From NCBI GenBank assembly GCA_049325335.1, contig JBMOMC010000002.1:64001-128000 (forward strand): DNA of 64,000 nt. The letters run 5' to 3'. Made by a program: the position numbers and the translations under genes. The DNA comes from Nitrospirota bacterium (lineage in GTDB: Bacteria > Nitrospirota > Nitrospiria > 2-01-FULL-66-17). Each line of letters begins with the position of its first letter. The first letter of the stretch is position 1. This document shows, piece after piece, positions 17,875 to 27,927 of this stretch. The notes beneath the pieces are model-generated. The model saw only the letters and a list, made by a program, of their open reading frames with translations, was not told where the DNA came from and searched no databases.

Positions 17875-20696
17875 CGTTCAGCCGCCAAGAGCCTGTCAAT
17901 GATTGACGAGAGCGGTTTAGCCGTCAACGTCTCGACATCGATATTCGAAGTGAGTCGCTCGGTTCGCTCTGGACGTTTGTAGAGCGCGGGCCGCAATTCC
18001 GCCAGCCGGTCGTAACTCTTCTTGACCCACTCGTTGTAGGCTCCCGGTTGGCTCGACGCCCGCTGCACGTTGCTGGCATACGCCTGAATCGCCTTTTCTT
18101 CAAACGGGAACGCTTTCTCTTCCAGTTGGAACTTGTACTCGTCCACCTGTTCCGGGGTGAGTTTCTTCGGGAGTTCGGCTTCGAGCAGCGCGGTCTTGAA
18201 GTGTTCGAACACCTCGCCCAGGCGGTACGCGGACGTGGCAACCACCTCCTGGTATCGCGTCTCCGCGGCCCGTGTGTAGAGCGTGATCGTCTTGTCCAAC
18301 GCCTGAGTCTTATTTTTGAGGTTCTTTTTGAACGGCTCCCTCAGGGCGATTTTTTTAAGCGACCGGAACGACTCCTCGGCCTGGTGGAACACGGCTTGCG
18401 CCGCGAACTGGGTGCCGGGTGCCTGTTGTTCCACCTCCGTGAACAGCTTGAGGGCCTCCATGGTCTTCCCCTGGCGCTGCCGGATCATGGCCATCTTCCA
18501 CCAACCTTCAGGCGCATCCGGGTGTTTGGGGAACCGCTCGGTGAATTGCGCGAAGACCGCGTAGCTCTTGTCCCATTGGGAGGCCTTTTCGTAATCGACA
18601 CCGGCGGTCCAGAGAATCTGTGGCGCCTGCGCGTGGTGTTGGGGTAACGTGGCCGCGGCTTCGAAAGCCTCGGCGGCTTCGCCCCACTGTTCACCTTGTT
18701 CGTAAATCAAGGCGGTTTGGAGCGCGGCTTTTGCGCCGAGGTCGGACGTGGGGTCGCGCTGGACCAGTTGCTGGTAGGCGGCGATCGCCTCGCGCGGCTG
18801 CTTGAGCGTTTCGTACAGACTCGCCGCCTCGAACAACGCGTCGGCCGCCAAGGGGCTCTCCGGGGCTTCGCGCGAGATGGCGGCAAACGTCTTGGCCGCG
18901 TCGCTGAGCCGATTGGCCTTCTTGTGCTGCTCTCCCTGCTTGTACATGGCCGCGGCCAACAGATCGTTCATCTCGCGCTGCTGGGCCTTGTCCGCTGTCG
19001 GGAGGAGCGACAGGGTCAGCGCGTACGCCGCGCGAGCCTCGTCGAAACGGCCTTGCCGCATATAGGAGTGGGCGATCAACTTCTGCGCGGTGGCGGTGCC
19101 CGTGAAATTGGGATACCGGGACAAGACCTGCCCCAACATCTCGCGCGCCTCGGCATCGCGTTGCTGGTCGAACAGGATCTCGCCGGACTTGAGCAAGACC
19201 GTGGGCGTCCGGGCATCCTTCGGGAACTGATCCGCGAACCGTTTCGTCAACGCGACGAATCGCTCGTGGCCCTTCTTGTCCTGAAGTTTTTCCGCGGCCA
19301 CGATGGCGGAGTACGCGGGTTCTTTGTCCGCCGCGACTCCGGGATAGCTGTAGGCCACGGCTTCGTACGCCGCGGCCGCCTGCGCATACTCCTGCAACGC
19401 CATCAGGGATTCGGCGTACAGCAGATGGACTTCCCGCGTGTCCTTTTCCTCAGGGAACTCCGCGAGGAACTGGCGATACCATCCGACTGCTTCCCGATAC
19501 TGCTCGGCCTGTTTGCTCTCCCGCGCAGCGGCATGCGCGGACACCCCGAGCCGGTACAGACTGTCTTTGACCAAGGGGCGCGAGCGGGCTCGACCGGCCT
19601 CGTCGGTGGCCTTGTACCAGACGCTGGTGCTCAGGTACCCGTTCACGAGTGCGATTCTGGCGTCACGCGCGGCTTCGGGATCCCTCTCCTTCTCGTACGC
19701 CTCGATGACATACGACGCGAAGATGGGCGCCATGTCGTGCATGGGATGCTGTTGTACGAACGTCCGGTAGGTCGCAATCGCCTGCTGCCGGTTCCCCTCA
19801 CCCAGATATTGGTTCCCCATCATGAGGTAGAGATCTTTCTCGTAGAGCGCGATCCCGTGTTGTTTGAAATAGTCGGCCATGGGTTGCGGCCCGCCCAACC
19901 CCCGGAATGAAATAGCCACGTACGTCAGCGCTTCCCACACGAGGGACCCGGAGTCGGCGGCCGTGGCCGGTTGTCCGGCGGTCTTCTTGTCCACGAGGTA
20001 CAAGAACTGATCGACCGCGTGCGGGTATGCGCGGAGATTGAAGTAGGTCCACCCGAGTTTGTACCGGGCCCGGTCTTGAAGGACCGGATCGTCGAGCCCA
20101 ATCGTCTGCTCATAGGCGTCAGCCGCCTGCTCGAATCGACGGCCGTCAAAGTCGGATTCGCCGATACGGAAATATGCTTCCTGGAGGTGGGGACTGGTCG
20201 GGTATTCCGCGACCAACTTACTGAGCAACGGCTGGGCCAGGTCCCGACGCCCGGTCTCCGAGTAGGCACGGGCCAGACCGTACAGCACGTCGTCCTGCGC
20301 ATGAAATGTCGGATCGGTTTCGAGCAACGTCCGGTAGGTCGTGATCGCGTCGTCGTAATTGACCAGCGGCGGGGGGCCTTGTGGGTCCTTCTCATACGCC
20401 TCCATCGCCGAGAGAAATTGCTGGTGCGCGCGTTCAAGATACAGATCCCCGAGCCGTTTGAGTGCCTCGGATCGCAGGACGGGGTCCACGGTTCCGTAAT
20501 CCTTGAGAAAGCCTTCATACCCTGTGATCACGTCGGCTTTGCGAACCACGGGCAACGGCGCGCTCGAAGCCGCGTTTACGGCCTCCGAGTCCACGCGCAA
20601 CACGCCGTGATCCTTCGCGCTTGCGCAGGCCGTCAGCAGGCATGTGAGGCCGGCGAGAGACCACGTGGTCGCGGTGTGAAAAACACGGTGTTTCAT
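17871..20696 (-). CDS. Large TPR lipoprotein (GltD/AgmU-like)
   Basis: LTAC lipobox, many TPRs, C-terminal LEEKAFPFEEKAI...WVKKSYDRLAEL. ATGA overlap with the upstream stop. Confidence 0.85.
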   Translation of the reverse strand: MKHRVFHTATTWSLAGLTCLLTACASAKDHGVLRVDSEAVNAASSAPLPVVRKADVITGYEGFLKDYGTVDPVLRSEALKRLGDLYLERAHQQFLSAMEAYEKDPQGPPPLVNYDDAITTYRTLLETDPTFHAQDDVLYGLARAYSETGRRDLAQPLLSKLVAEYPTSPHLQEAYFRIGESDFDGRRFEQAADAYEQTIGLDDPVLQDRARYKLGWTYFNLRAYPHAVDQFLYLVDKKTAGQPATAADSGSLVWEALTYVAISFRGLGGPQPMADYFKQHGIALYEKDLYLMMGNQYLGEGNRQQAIATYRTFVQQHPMHDMAPIFASYVIEAYEKERDPEAARDARIALVNGYLSTSVWYKATDEAGRARSRPLVKDSLYRLGVSAHAAARESKQAEQYREAVGWYRQFLAEFPEEKDTREVHLLYAESLMALQEYAQAAAAYEAVAYSYPGVAADKEPAYSAIVAAEKLQDKKGHERFVALTKRFADQFPKDARTPTVLLKSGEILFDQQRDAEAREMLGQVLSRYPNFTGTATAQKLIAHSYMRQGRFDEARAAYALTLSLLPTADKAQQREMNDLLAAAMYKQGEQHKKANRLSDAAKTFAAISREAPESPLAADALFEAASLYETLKQPREAIAAYQQLVQRDPTSDLGAKAALQTALIYEQGEQWGEAAEAFEAAATLPQHHAQAPQILWTAGVDYEKASQWDKSYAVFAQFTERFPKHPDAPEGWWKMAMIRQRQGKTMEALKLFTEVEQQAPGTQFAAQAVFHQAEESFRSLKKIALREPFKKNLKNKTQALDKTITLYTRAAETRYQEVVATSAYRLGEVFEHFKTALLEAELPKKLTPEQVDEYKFQLEEKAFPFEEKAIQAYASNVQRASSQPGAYNEWVKKSYDRLAELRPALYKRPERTERLTSNIDVETLTAKPLSSIIDRLLAAER

Positions 20697-22621
20697 TGGC
20701 TCGCCATATCCCACAGACGAATTTGGTTGAGCCGCGCCGCGGCGGCCATGGTTTCGATCCGCCCGTGGCGTTGGTCCACGGCTTTGACCAACAGGGCTTG
20801 CAGCGGCGGGAGGAGTTCGGCCCGCGCCGCGGTTAATCGGCGTTGGTGCGCAACCAAATCGCGTCTGATGTCACGGATGTCGCTGCGGAACGTGCCGAGT
20901 CGGTTTTCAATGCCCGCAATGGATTCCACCAACTTCCGTTGATCGCGATCCGCCTGCTCAAGGTCCTCGTGCAATCGGTTTAACGCACGTTGAAGGTCGT
21001 CGCGTCGTCCCGGGACGTCGGTGGCAATGGTCCATACACGCTCGCCATAGAGCACATCGAGCCAGCGATCGGTCGTTTGCCACTGCGCCCGAAGGTCGTG
21101 GAGCCGGTCACGCACGGCAGGTGTTCCGTCGTCCATCCGTCGGATGGATTCTCCGACCGCACGGCTCTTCCGCCGAGCGTCTTCCAGCTCGTCGAGCGCG
21201 GGGCGCTCAGCGCCCGATGCCCAGTTCCGCGCGGTCTCGTGCCGGACAGCCTGCTCGATCGCGGTTTGCAACACAGCCTCTCGCTGCGTGAGCGGGGCCA
21301 CGGGGCTTTCATCGAGAAAGCCTTGCACAATGGGCACGCGCTCGCGAAAAATCGCTTGTCGATGCTCGAGCATCACGTCGAAGACGGCCGTGTCCTCGAG
21401 TTTTCGGGCCAGGTAGTGCTCAAGGGCCGCGAGTTCGCCGTATTGTTTGACCCAGTATCGGAGTCCGTCGTCTTCCAGGATCGGAGCGAGGGGACTCCGC
21501 ATCACTGCGTGGAAGTCCGTAAACAGCGCGTCCAATTGATCGCGATCTCGGATCAGGGATTTGATCGCAAGAAGGTTCTGCTGTGTCCGCTGGTAGGTGT
21601 CCAGGGCCGTGACATACGATTCGAGCGCCTTGGCGTGTTGTCCCAGGCGGTCGTAGCAATGGCCGATCGTGGTGAGGGCTTCCAGCGCATAAGGATGGTC
21701 GGGGGCCGCGCGTACGAGCGCTAAAAACGCGGCAAGCGACTCGTTGTACCGCTTGCGATACAAATGAGCCCAACCTAAGCCGAACGTCGCGTCGGGGTAG
21801 AACCGGCTGCTCGAAGGCACGGAGGCCAAGGTCGGGACCGCGTTGTCGTACCACCCGGTCTCGGTGAACAACAATCCCAATGTCACTCGGCTCTTCTCGG
21901 CAAGGGCTTGGCGTTCCGCGTCGTCCTCGGGGGTGAACGCGCCCGCGCCTTCGAGCAGGCGGATCGCGGCCGACACGTCGGCCAGTTGCATCCGGGATTT
22001 GGCCGACGCCAGCGCGGCGAACGGGCGGTACGCGCTGGAAGTCGGAACCGTCGCGAACGCGCGCAGCGATTCGTCGAATTGCCCCAGCGCGTAATGGCTC
22101 ATTCCGGCGAAGTAGGCGGCTTGGTCAAGCGATGCGAATGTCGGATCGCGATCAAGTCGCTTGTACGTGGACACCGCAGCCTCGTACAAGGATCGCGAGT
22201 ATTGGAGCCGTTCGATCAGCAGCAACACCTGGTTACGGTCGTTTCCCGGTGGGAATGTGGCAACGAGCTGATCAAAGATGGTTCTGGCGGACCGGTGAAG
22301 GCCCCATGCCAGATAGAGGCTGCCCCGAAGCAGGCGGGTCTCGTTGAGCAGGCTGGGCTCGTTCTGAACCCCCTTTTCCATCAGCTTCAGTCGAGTCGCG
22401 GACGTCAGGTAGTCCTCCAGAAAGAAGTGGTAGTAGGCTTCTTTCTTAAGCGAGGCCACGGTGGCGGGGGATACGGGGGAGACCGGCCATGCCTCGGCCG
22501 TGGTCGCTCCGACCTGGAGGGTGTCGGAAGCCGCAGCAAGGGGCGTGGTGCCATCCCCGGCAAAGGCCGGGAACGCCCACGCGCCGAGACTCAGGACAAG
22601 GATGTTAATGCCACGCTTCAT
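20693..22621 (-). CDS. Secreted TPR/coiled-coil protein (GltC-like)
   Basis: Signal peptide, TPRs (FGLGWAH, GHCYDRLG), helical C-terminus. Confidence 0.75.
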   Translation of the reverse strand: MKRGINILVLSLGAWAFPAFAGDGTTPLAAASDTLQVGATTAEAWPVSPVSPATVASLKKEAYYHFFLEDYLTSATRLKLMEKGVQNEPSLLNETRLLRGSLYLAWGLHRSARTIFDQLVATFPPGNDRNQVLLLIERLQYSRSLYEAAVSTYKRLDRDPTFASLDQAAYFAGMSHYALGQFDESLRAFATVPTSSAYRPFAALASAKSRMQLADVSAAIRLLEGAGAFTPEDDAERQALAEKSRVTLGLLFTETGWYDNAVPTLASVPSSSRFYPDATFGLGWAHLYRKRYNESLAAFLALVRAAPDHPYALEALTTIGHCYDRLGQHAKALESYVTALDTYQRTQQNLLAIKSLIRDRDQLDALFTDFHAVMRSPLAPILEDDGLRYWVKQYGELAALEHYLARKLEDTAVFDVMLEHRQAIFRERVPIVQGFLDESPVAPLTQREAVLQTAIEQAVRHETARNWASGAERPALDELEDARRKSRAVGESIRRMDDGTPAVRDRLHDLRAQWQTTDRWLDVLYGERVWTIATDVPGRRDDLQRALNRLHEDLEQADRDQRKLVESIAGIENRLGTFRSDIRDIRRDLVAHQRRLTAARAELLPPLQALLVKAVDQRHGRIETMAAAARLNQIRLWDMASQ

Positions 22622-23153
22622 ACCCGAACTCGGGTTGTTTCTTGGCGTCGTCGTCGCGAATGACCAACTTTAAGAAAGCCGCGCCTTTCTCCTTGGCGAG
22701 GGGGATGTTCTCCGCTCGTTTGTAGTCCTGTCCTTGCGGACCTTTGCCCGTAAACACCGCGGCGATTTGATGGTCGCCTGACTTCACGTTACCCATATAC
22801 AGCCGCTGAATCCCGCCCTTTTTGAGCGCGGTGACTTCGCGCTCGGTATACAGGTGCGTGGTCACCATGGTGTCGTCGAGCACCAATTTCACGGAGTCTA
22901 AGACGAAGTAATTCCCGCCCTCGACGCTCAGGAAAATCACCAACGAGGAGTCCTCCGGATACAACAGATCTTCCTGGAGTCGAAAGAGCCGCGTGTTGAG
23001 ATCGAGCACGTCGTCTTTTAATCGCTGGATCTTCACGTCCAATGCCTCGATGTCGCGTTCAGGATTGGGAGGTTCCTCCGCCCGCGTGGGGAACCCCGTC
23101 GTGAAGACGAACGAAAGACACCAGAATCCGACGAGTGCGTGAAATGGTTTCAT
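22605..23153 (-). CDS. Conserved secreted hypothetical protein of Glt-core/DUF3570 clusters
   Basis: Signal peptide, short coiled coil, then HLYTEREV.AL..GG.QRLY.GN beta domain. Overlaps both neighbours. Confidence 0.75.
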   Translation of the reverse strand: MKPFHALVGFWCLSFVFTTGFPTRAEEPPNPERDIEALDVKIQRLKDDVLDLNTRLFRLQEDLLYPEDSSLVIFLSVEGGNYFVLDSVKLVLDDTMVTTHLYTEREVTALKKGGIQRLYMGNVKSGDHQIAAVFTGKGPQGQDYKRAENIPLAKEKGAAFLKLVIRDDDAKKQPEFGYEAWH

Positions 23154-24196
23154 CAGGGTTCCTTCCCGTGTTCCATAAGTTTTGCCCCGAGGCCGAGTCC
23201 CGCCAGCCCCGAGGACAGGTGCATGTCGCCGTTTCGGTCGATGATGATCGCCTCCACGTCGTCCAGTTGTTCGACCAGCGCCAGGCCTTGTTCCGGGCCC
23301 AGCACGAATACGGTTGTCGACAACGCGTCGCTGGTCATCGCGTCCGTCGCCAAAATGGTGGCGCTGCGAGATTTCTTCGCGGGATATCCGGTGGTCGTGT
23401 CGAGAATATGGTGGTAACGCACGCCGTCTTTGACGAAGAATCGTTCGTAGTCTCCGGACGTGGAAACAGCCTGGTCTTCGAGCGGCAACACCGCGAGAAT
23501 GCCGTCGGCCTTGTCCGGATCCCGAAGCCCGATTCGCCACAAATCGTCGCCGTTTGTGCCCCGGATCAGCGTGTCACCGCCCGCCATGACCATGGCGTTG
23601 TGGACTCCGTGTGCGTTGAGCACGGCCATGGCCCGGTCCATGGCGTACCCTTTGCCGATCCCGCCGAGGCCGATCTCCATCTCACGCGCAGGGAGAAACA
23701 CCGTGGAGTGGTCGTCGTCGACGCGGACCTTCCGATAATCCACAAAGGGGAGCTGGGCCTTCACGGCGGCGGGGTCGGGGATCACGCCCGCGCGAAAGTT
23801 CCAAAGTTTTCCGACCGACGCGAAGGAAATGTCGAACGCGCCGTCGGAGAGTCGGGAGAAAAACAGCGAGCGTTGAATCACCTGCAACAATTCGCGACTC
23901 ACCGCAACCGGCGCCACCCCGGCCTGTTGATTGATCCGGGACAGTTCGGTCTCCGGCAGAAAATTGCTCATGAGCCGTTCCAGACGGGAAACCTCGTCGA
24001 ACGCGGCGTTGACCGCGCGCCGCAGTTGTTCGCGATCGTTACCCACGGCTTTCACGATCACCTGGGTTCCCATCAACGCGCGCTCTTCGGACACGAGTAC
24101 GGGTCGGGAAGGCGGCGTGACGGCCTGAACCGGCGCCACCGCTGCGCCGGCCAGCAGTACGTTAGTAAGTAAAGCCAACGCTCGTGTGTAGGACAT
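23153..24196 (-). CDS. apbE: FAD:protein FMN transferase
   Basis: MGT, GAFDIS, LGGIGKGYA, STSGDYER, YHHILD..TG, DALST. Confidence 0.93.
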   Translation of the reverse strand: MSYTRALALLTNVLLAGAAVAPVQAVTPPSRPVLVSEERALMGTQVIVKAVGNDREQLRRAVNAAFDEVSRLERLMSNFLPETELSRINQQAGVAPVAVSRELLQVIQRSLFFSRLSDGAFDISFASVGKLWNFRAGVIPDPAAVKAQLPFVDYRKVRVDDDHSTVFLPAREMEIGLGGIGKGYAMDRAMAVLNAHGVHNAMVMAGGDTLIRGTNGDDLWRIGLRDPDKADGILAVLPLEDQAVSTSGDYERFFVKDGVRYHHILDTTTGYPAKKSRSATILATDAMTSDALSTTVFVLGPEQGLALVEQLDDVEAIIIDRNGDMHLSSGLAGLGLGAKLMEHGKEP

Positions 24197-25298
24197 GGGC
24201 TCTCTGCGAGTACAGTGCGCCGGTGCGCGGGTCCGTAAAGTTGTCGTAGTCGTACATCAACAATGCGTAGCTGAACAGGACCGACATGTTTTCCAGCCCG
24301 TGCCACTTGAACCCTTGGGGTTTGTATTGAAGCGATCCGCCGATCCAGTGGTCGGAGAAGCGTGATAACTCCTTGTCCCGGGCCTTGTAGATCTGGGTGG
24401 CCGGGACCCGGTCCCCGTAAAAACTGGCCTCGCCCTGACGGTAATATCGATAAAACACGCCGCCGAGCCAATCGGCGCGTATGTACCGCTGATATTCCAC
24501 CTTGCCGGTATGGGACCTGACCTCAAAGGTGTCCTGGTAGTACCGATAATCGATCTGGATGGCGCTGCGCCGCCCGATCGACACGTTGTCCGCTGATCCG
24601 GGATCAAACCCATAACTGGTTCGCAGCGCCCACGCGTGCCCGGTCCGTGATTCAGGATACCGTTCAGGAGCAAACGCCTCGCTGTCGAGGATCGCGCTGC
24701 GGTACGGATTGTTGAGAAAACCGGAGTCAGCCGTGTTTTCATAGTTGATCTGCCCCAACCAACGAGGGGTCAATGACTGACTCAGCCCGACCGCATAAAT
24801 CGTTCGGTTGGCGTGTTCCTGCCCGAACGCGGGATCGCCGTTTTTGCCGATCTCATCCCAGGAGCGAGCAAGCCGGAAAGTGAGCGTGGCGTTCTTCTCG
24901 AAGAGGTCGTGCGCCATGGCCACGGCGAACGTGTTTGAGGTGTAGTCGGACTCGTGGCTCCGCGTGTAGTTGATTCCGGTGAGGATGTCCTCGTGCAGGA
25001 CGTCGGCGCCCAATGAATATTCGGTCCGCTGTTCGCGGTACGGGCTGGCCTGGGTCACCACGTCGATCGATGCCGAGCTGACCAGATCCACCCTGGCGCC
25101 GGCCTTGACCGACAGGCGGTTGAGCAATTCCTTCTTGACGATCATGGCCGGTCCTTGAACCGTAATACCGCCGCCGCTGTAGAGGTTGTAGCCGATCGCC
25201 ATATCGTCTTGGGGAGGCTCCACGGCCTCCGCGGTACCGAGCAGCCCGGCCAGCAGCGCCGCACAACCGCCGGCTTGCATGCACGCGCGCGCGTTCAC
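24162..25298 (-). CDS. DUF3570 outer-membrane beta-barrel protein
   Basis: VDLVSSASIDVVTQAS, ESDY.S, GFLNNPYR, ERYPESR, YRYY.D; alternating beta strands ending in Tyr. Confidence 0.85.
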   Translation of the reverse strand: MNARACMQAGGCAALLAGLLGTAEAVEPPQDDMAIGYNLYSGGGITVQGPAMIVKKELLNRLSVKAGARVDLVSSASIDVVTQASPYREQRTEYSLGADVLHEDILTGINYTRSHESDYTSNTFAVAMAHDLFEKNATLTFRLARSWDEIGKNGDPAFGQEHANRTIYAVGLSQSLTPRWLGQINYENTADSGFLNNPYRSAILDSEAFAPERYPESRTGHAWALRTSYGFDPGSADNVSIGRRSAIQIDYRYYQDTFEVRSHTGKVEYQRYIRADWLGGVFYRYYRQGEASFYGDRVPATQIYKARDKELSRFSDHWIGGSLQYKPQGFKWHGLENMSVLFSYALLMYDYDNFTDPRTGALYSQRAHVLHTSVGFTY

Positions 25299-25522
25299 CG
25301 GCAGCCGCAGCCCCCGCCGCTTCCGCTAAACCCGCCGCGCGATCCCTCCAACACTTCTTCGATGTGCACGTGCCATTCCGCCTGGAGGACGTTGGCGTCG
25401 AACTGCATGATTTCGTCCGCGAGGTACTCTCGCTGCCACGGCTTCACCGCGGAGCAACCCGCGAGCAGGGCGCTGATCATCACGGTCGCAAGCACGAGGG
25501 CCTTCGCGGTCACCGGCGTCAC
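25295..25522 (-). CDS. DUF4266 lipoprotein
   Basis: LAGC lipobox, VKPWQREYLAD.IM, C-terminal GGGCGC. Confidence 0.88.
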   Translation of the reverse strand: MTPVTAKALVLATVMISALLAGCSAVKPWQREYLADEIMQFDANVLQAEWHVHIEEVLEGSRGGFSGSGGGCGCR

Positions 25523-26043
25523 TCCTTGAGCAATGCGCGGATTTCGGATTCGTACCGATCCGGGTCGGCGGGCCCAAACCCCCAGTGCACGTGACGAAGG
25601 GTCCCGTCCTTGGCCACGACGAACGTGGTCGGCATGGAGCGAATCTGGTACAGGTCCGATGTGCTCCCGGCCGGATCGAGCAACACGGGGAACGACAGGC
25701 CGAGCGCGGCGCTCAGGTGCGAGGCCTGGGAGGACACCTTGTCGATATTGACGCCGAGGACTTCCAACCCGAGGTTCTGATACCGACGATACAGGACGTT
25801 GAAATACGGGAGTTCCTCTTTACACGGCGTGCACCACGTGGCCCAAAAATTCACGAGCACCACCCGTCCGCGCAGTTCGCTCAACTTCACGTTGCCGCCG
25901 GTCGAGCGCTTCAGCGTGAAGTCGGGCGCCTTCTTTCCCGCGCGGGGGATCTCGCTTGAAACGGGTGGCGCCAACAGCAGCACACTCAACAACGAGGCGG
26001 CCAACAACGAGACAATGCGAATCGTACGCATCGGGTTCCTCAA
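25519..26043 (-). CDS. TlpA-family thioredoxin/disulfide reductase
   Basis: APDFTL, VNFWATWCTPC, MPTT. Confidence 0.92.
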   Translation of the reverse strand: MRNPMRTIRIVSLLAASLLSVLLLAPPVSSEIPRAGKKAPDFTLKRSTGGNVKLSELRGRVVLVNFWATWCTPCKEELPYFNVLYRRYQNLGLEVLGVNIDKVSSQASHLSAALGLSFPVLLDPAGSTSDLYQIRSMPTTFVVAKDGTLRHVHWGFGPADPDRYESEIRALLKE

Positions 26044-26690
26044 AAGAATAGGACGAGGGCGAGGGTGCCCTCGATGTTGTACGTGAGTTTGTTCACGCCC
26101 GTGACATCGGTTTCGAACATATGAAACCGCAGGTCGGGCCTCACGTTGAACCAGTCCGTGACAAAGATTTTGAACCCGGTCCCCGCATTGGCGCTGAAGT
26201 GGCTGCGGTCATCCATGGTGACCTGGCCTAAGCCGCCCGCCAGATAGATGGCGGAGTTGATGGTGCGTTTGCGCGTGAGAAAGAGTTGGCCCGGGAAGAG
26301 ATCGTAAGAGACGCCGACGTTCCAGTATGAGAGATCGTCATTGACCAATAACGAGCGGCCCGTCAGCCGGCGAAACGCGGATTGATCGACTTGCGAGATC
26401 GCGTAACTCGCCTCGAACGCGACATCTTCGTTGACGTGATAGGTGAGTCGCAGTCCGAACACGGAGGATGCGCCGAAGCCGTCGGGCGCGTAGATGCCGG
26501 CGTACGGACCCAACTCAAACCGTTCGGTGTCCAGGCGCGCTTCTTTGAGCCGCCGATCGTCGCTCGGCGGCTTGATGACGGGTTCCTCCTCGATCGGCAG
26601 GCCCTGACCGAATGCCGATGATCCGAGATCCACGCCCGCGCCGATTACCAGACCCATCCCCACCGCCATCCATGTCCGCCACGTCATCAT
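26040..26690 (-). CDS. Outer-membrane beta-barrel protein (GltA/B/H-like)
   Basis: Signal peptide, DTERFELG, amphipathic strands, terminal Phe. Confidence 0.8.
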   Translation of the reverse strand: MMTWRTWMAVGMGLVIGAGVDLGSSAFGQGLPIEEEPVIKPPSDDRRLKEARLDTERFELGPYAGIYAPDGFGASSVFGLRLTYHVNEDVAFEASYAISQVDQSAFRRLTGRSLLVNDDLSYWNVGVSYDLFPGQLFLTRKRTINSAIYLAGGLGQVTMDDRSHFSANAGTGFKIFVTDWFNVRPDLRFHMFETDVTGVNKLTYNIEGTLALVLFF

Positions 26691-26695
26691 GGTCG

Positions 26696-27463
26696 CTAGA
26701 AGTGGAACACCAATCCCGCGCTGTACTCTTGGAACTCCCTGGTGCGTTCGGTGGTCATGAACAGGGTGAAATGTCGGACGTCCACGCGCCCCTCCAGGTT
26801 CCGGAACAGCGGAACGATGACTCCGACGCCGGCATGCATGGTGGGAAACGTGCCGGAGTCGGCGTTGACCAACAGGGTGGTGGGCGTGACGTGCGCGACG
26901 CCCCCGCCCATGGCGGCGTTGACCGCCAGCCACGACGCGCGCCACGGGGTTACCACGATCCCTCCGTGGTAGAGTTGCGTGCTGCCCAAGTCCCCGGCCC
27001 CAAAGCCTCCGGTCGCTTCGAACGCGAGATGGTCGGTGAGCGTGTGCGTGAACCGCACGCAGAGGACCGGATCACCCGCGAACGTGCCGGCGCTCCACCC
27101 CAATGCGGTACGGCCCGCGATGAAGTCGTCATAGATTCGCTCGGTCCAACGCTTGCGGTATCCGGATGCCATCAAGGTTTTTTCGATCTCGCGTCGATGG
27201 GCCCATCCCACGGTTCCGTTGCGGAGACGGATTTCGTACCAGTCCACGCGTTGTTTGAGCAGCCGGATGGTTTCGCCTTTCTCCGCGATATAAAAGACCG
27301 GGTAGCTGCTTCCCGGTCCGGTATGGATTTCCAGAAACGGTTCGACCACCGCGGCTTCCCGGAAGACGGGCTCCTTTCCGAACGCGACGGCGGGGCCGAC
27401 CATCAGCCCCACCGCCATGATGCAGATCCCGAGTCCCCATCCCGCAATCACCCGCGCCCTCAA
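26696..27463 (-). CDS. SH3b domain plus beta-barrel protein
   Basis: PFLEIHTGPG..YPVFY...GE...W......G..GW SH3b pattern; barrel ending in Phe. TTG start overlaps the upstream TGA. Confidence 0.75.
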   Translation of the reverse strand: MRARVIAGWGLGICIMAVGLMVGPAVAFGKEPVFREAAVVEPFLEIHTGPGSSYPVFYIAEKGETIRLLKQRVDWYEIRLRNGTVGWAHRREIEKTLMASGYRKRWTERIYDDFIAGRTALGWSAGTFAGDPVLCVRFTHTLTDHLAFEATGGFGAGDLGSTQLYHGGIVVTPWRASWLAVNAAMGGGVAHVTPTTLLVNADSGTFPTMHAGVGVIVPLFRNLEGRVDVRHFTLFMTTERTREFQEYSAGLVFHF

Positions 27464-27927
27464 AGCGGGTTCTGGATCCAGCCCAAGATCGCGACATAAT
27501 CCGCGTCCGTCGCGCTCATGAAGATGTCTCCCCCCAGGTGCTGAATCCCGCCCGCCGCGAGCGCCAATGGTTTGGTGAGCAGTTTGCTGGTCGTCGGGTT
27601 GGCGAGGTTGGCCATGCCCGCGGCCGAGTCGCTGTTGGCGAGCAACTGATCCGCGGTGCAGGAGTTTCCCGAACAGTCGAACACCCGAAAACTCCCGCCG
27701 GGTCCTCCCGAATTCGGGTTGTCCTTGTCCCGGTAGTGGCACCCGCCCTGCGAGCAACTGCGCGCGTCGAGGATCGATTGAATCGCCGTGGCAAATACCG
27801 ACTGATCCAATTGACCGAGCGCCTCCTGCTCGCCGGGTTCCACGTGCCCGCAACCCGTTCCGAACCACGCCGTCATCATCGCGCACGCAAGTATACCCCT
27901 CGTGTGTGATCGGCCCGCCATCCTCAC
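27460..27927 (-). CDS. c-type cytochrome-like lipoprotein with CX4CH motif
   Basis: GTGC lipobox, CSQGGCH. Similar to the C-terminal heme domain of the upstream gene. Confidence 0.7.
   Translation of the reverse strand: MRMAGRSHTRGILACAMMTAWFGTGCGHVEPGEQEALGQLDQSVFATAIQSILDARSCSQGGCHYRDKDNPNSGGPGGSFRVFDCSGNSCTADQLLANSDSAAGMANLANPTTSKLLTKPLALAAGGIQHLGGDIFMSATDADYVAILGWIQNPL

Noticed and set aside
14235..26690. Proof of gliding motility
   Set aside because: Only core-like genes are present; no GltI/GltJ/CglB/AglZ/MglA equivalents seen, and the TonB-like protein lacks an N-terminal FHA region.
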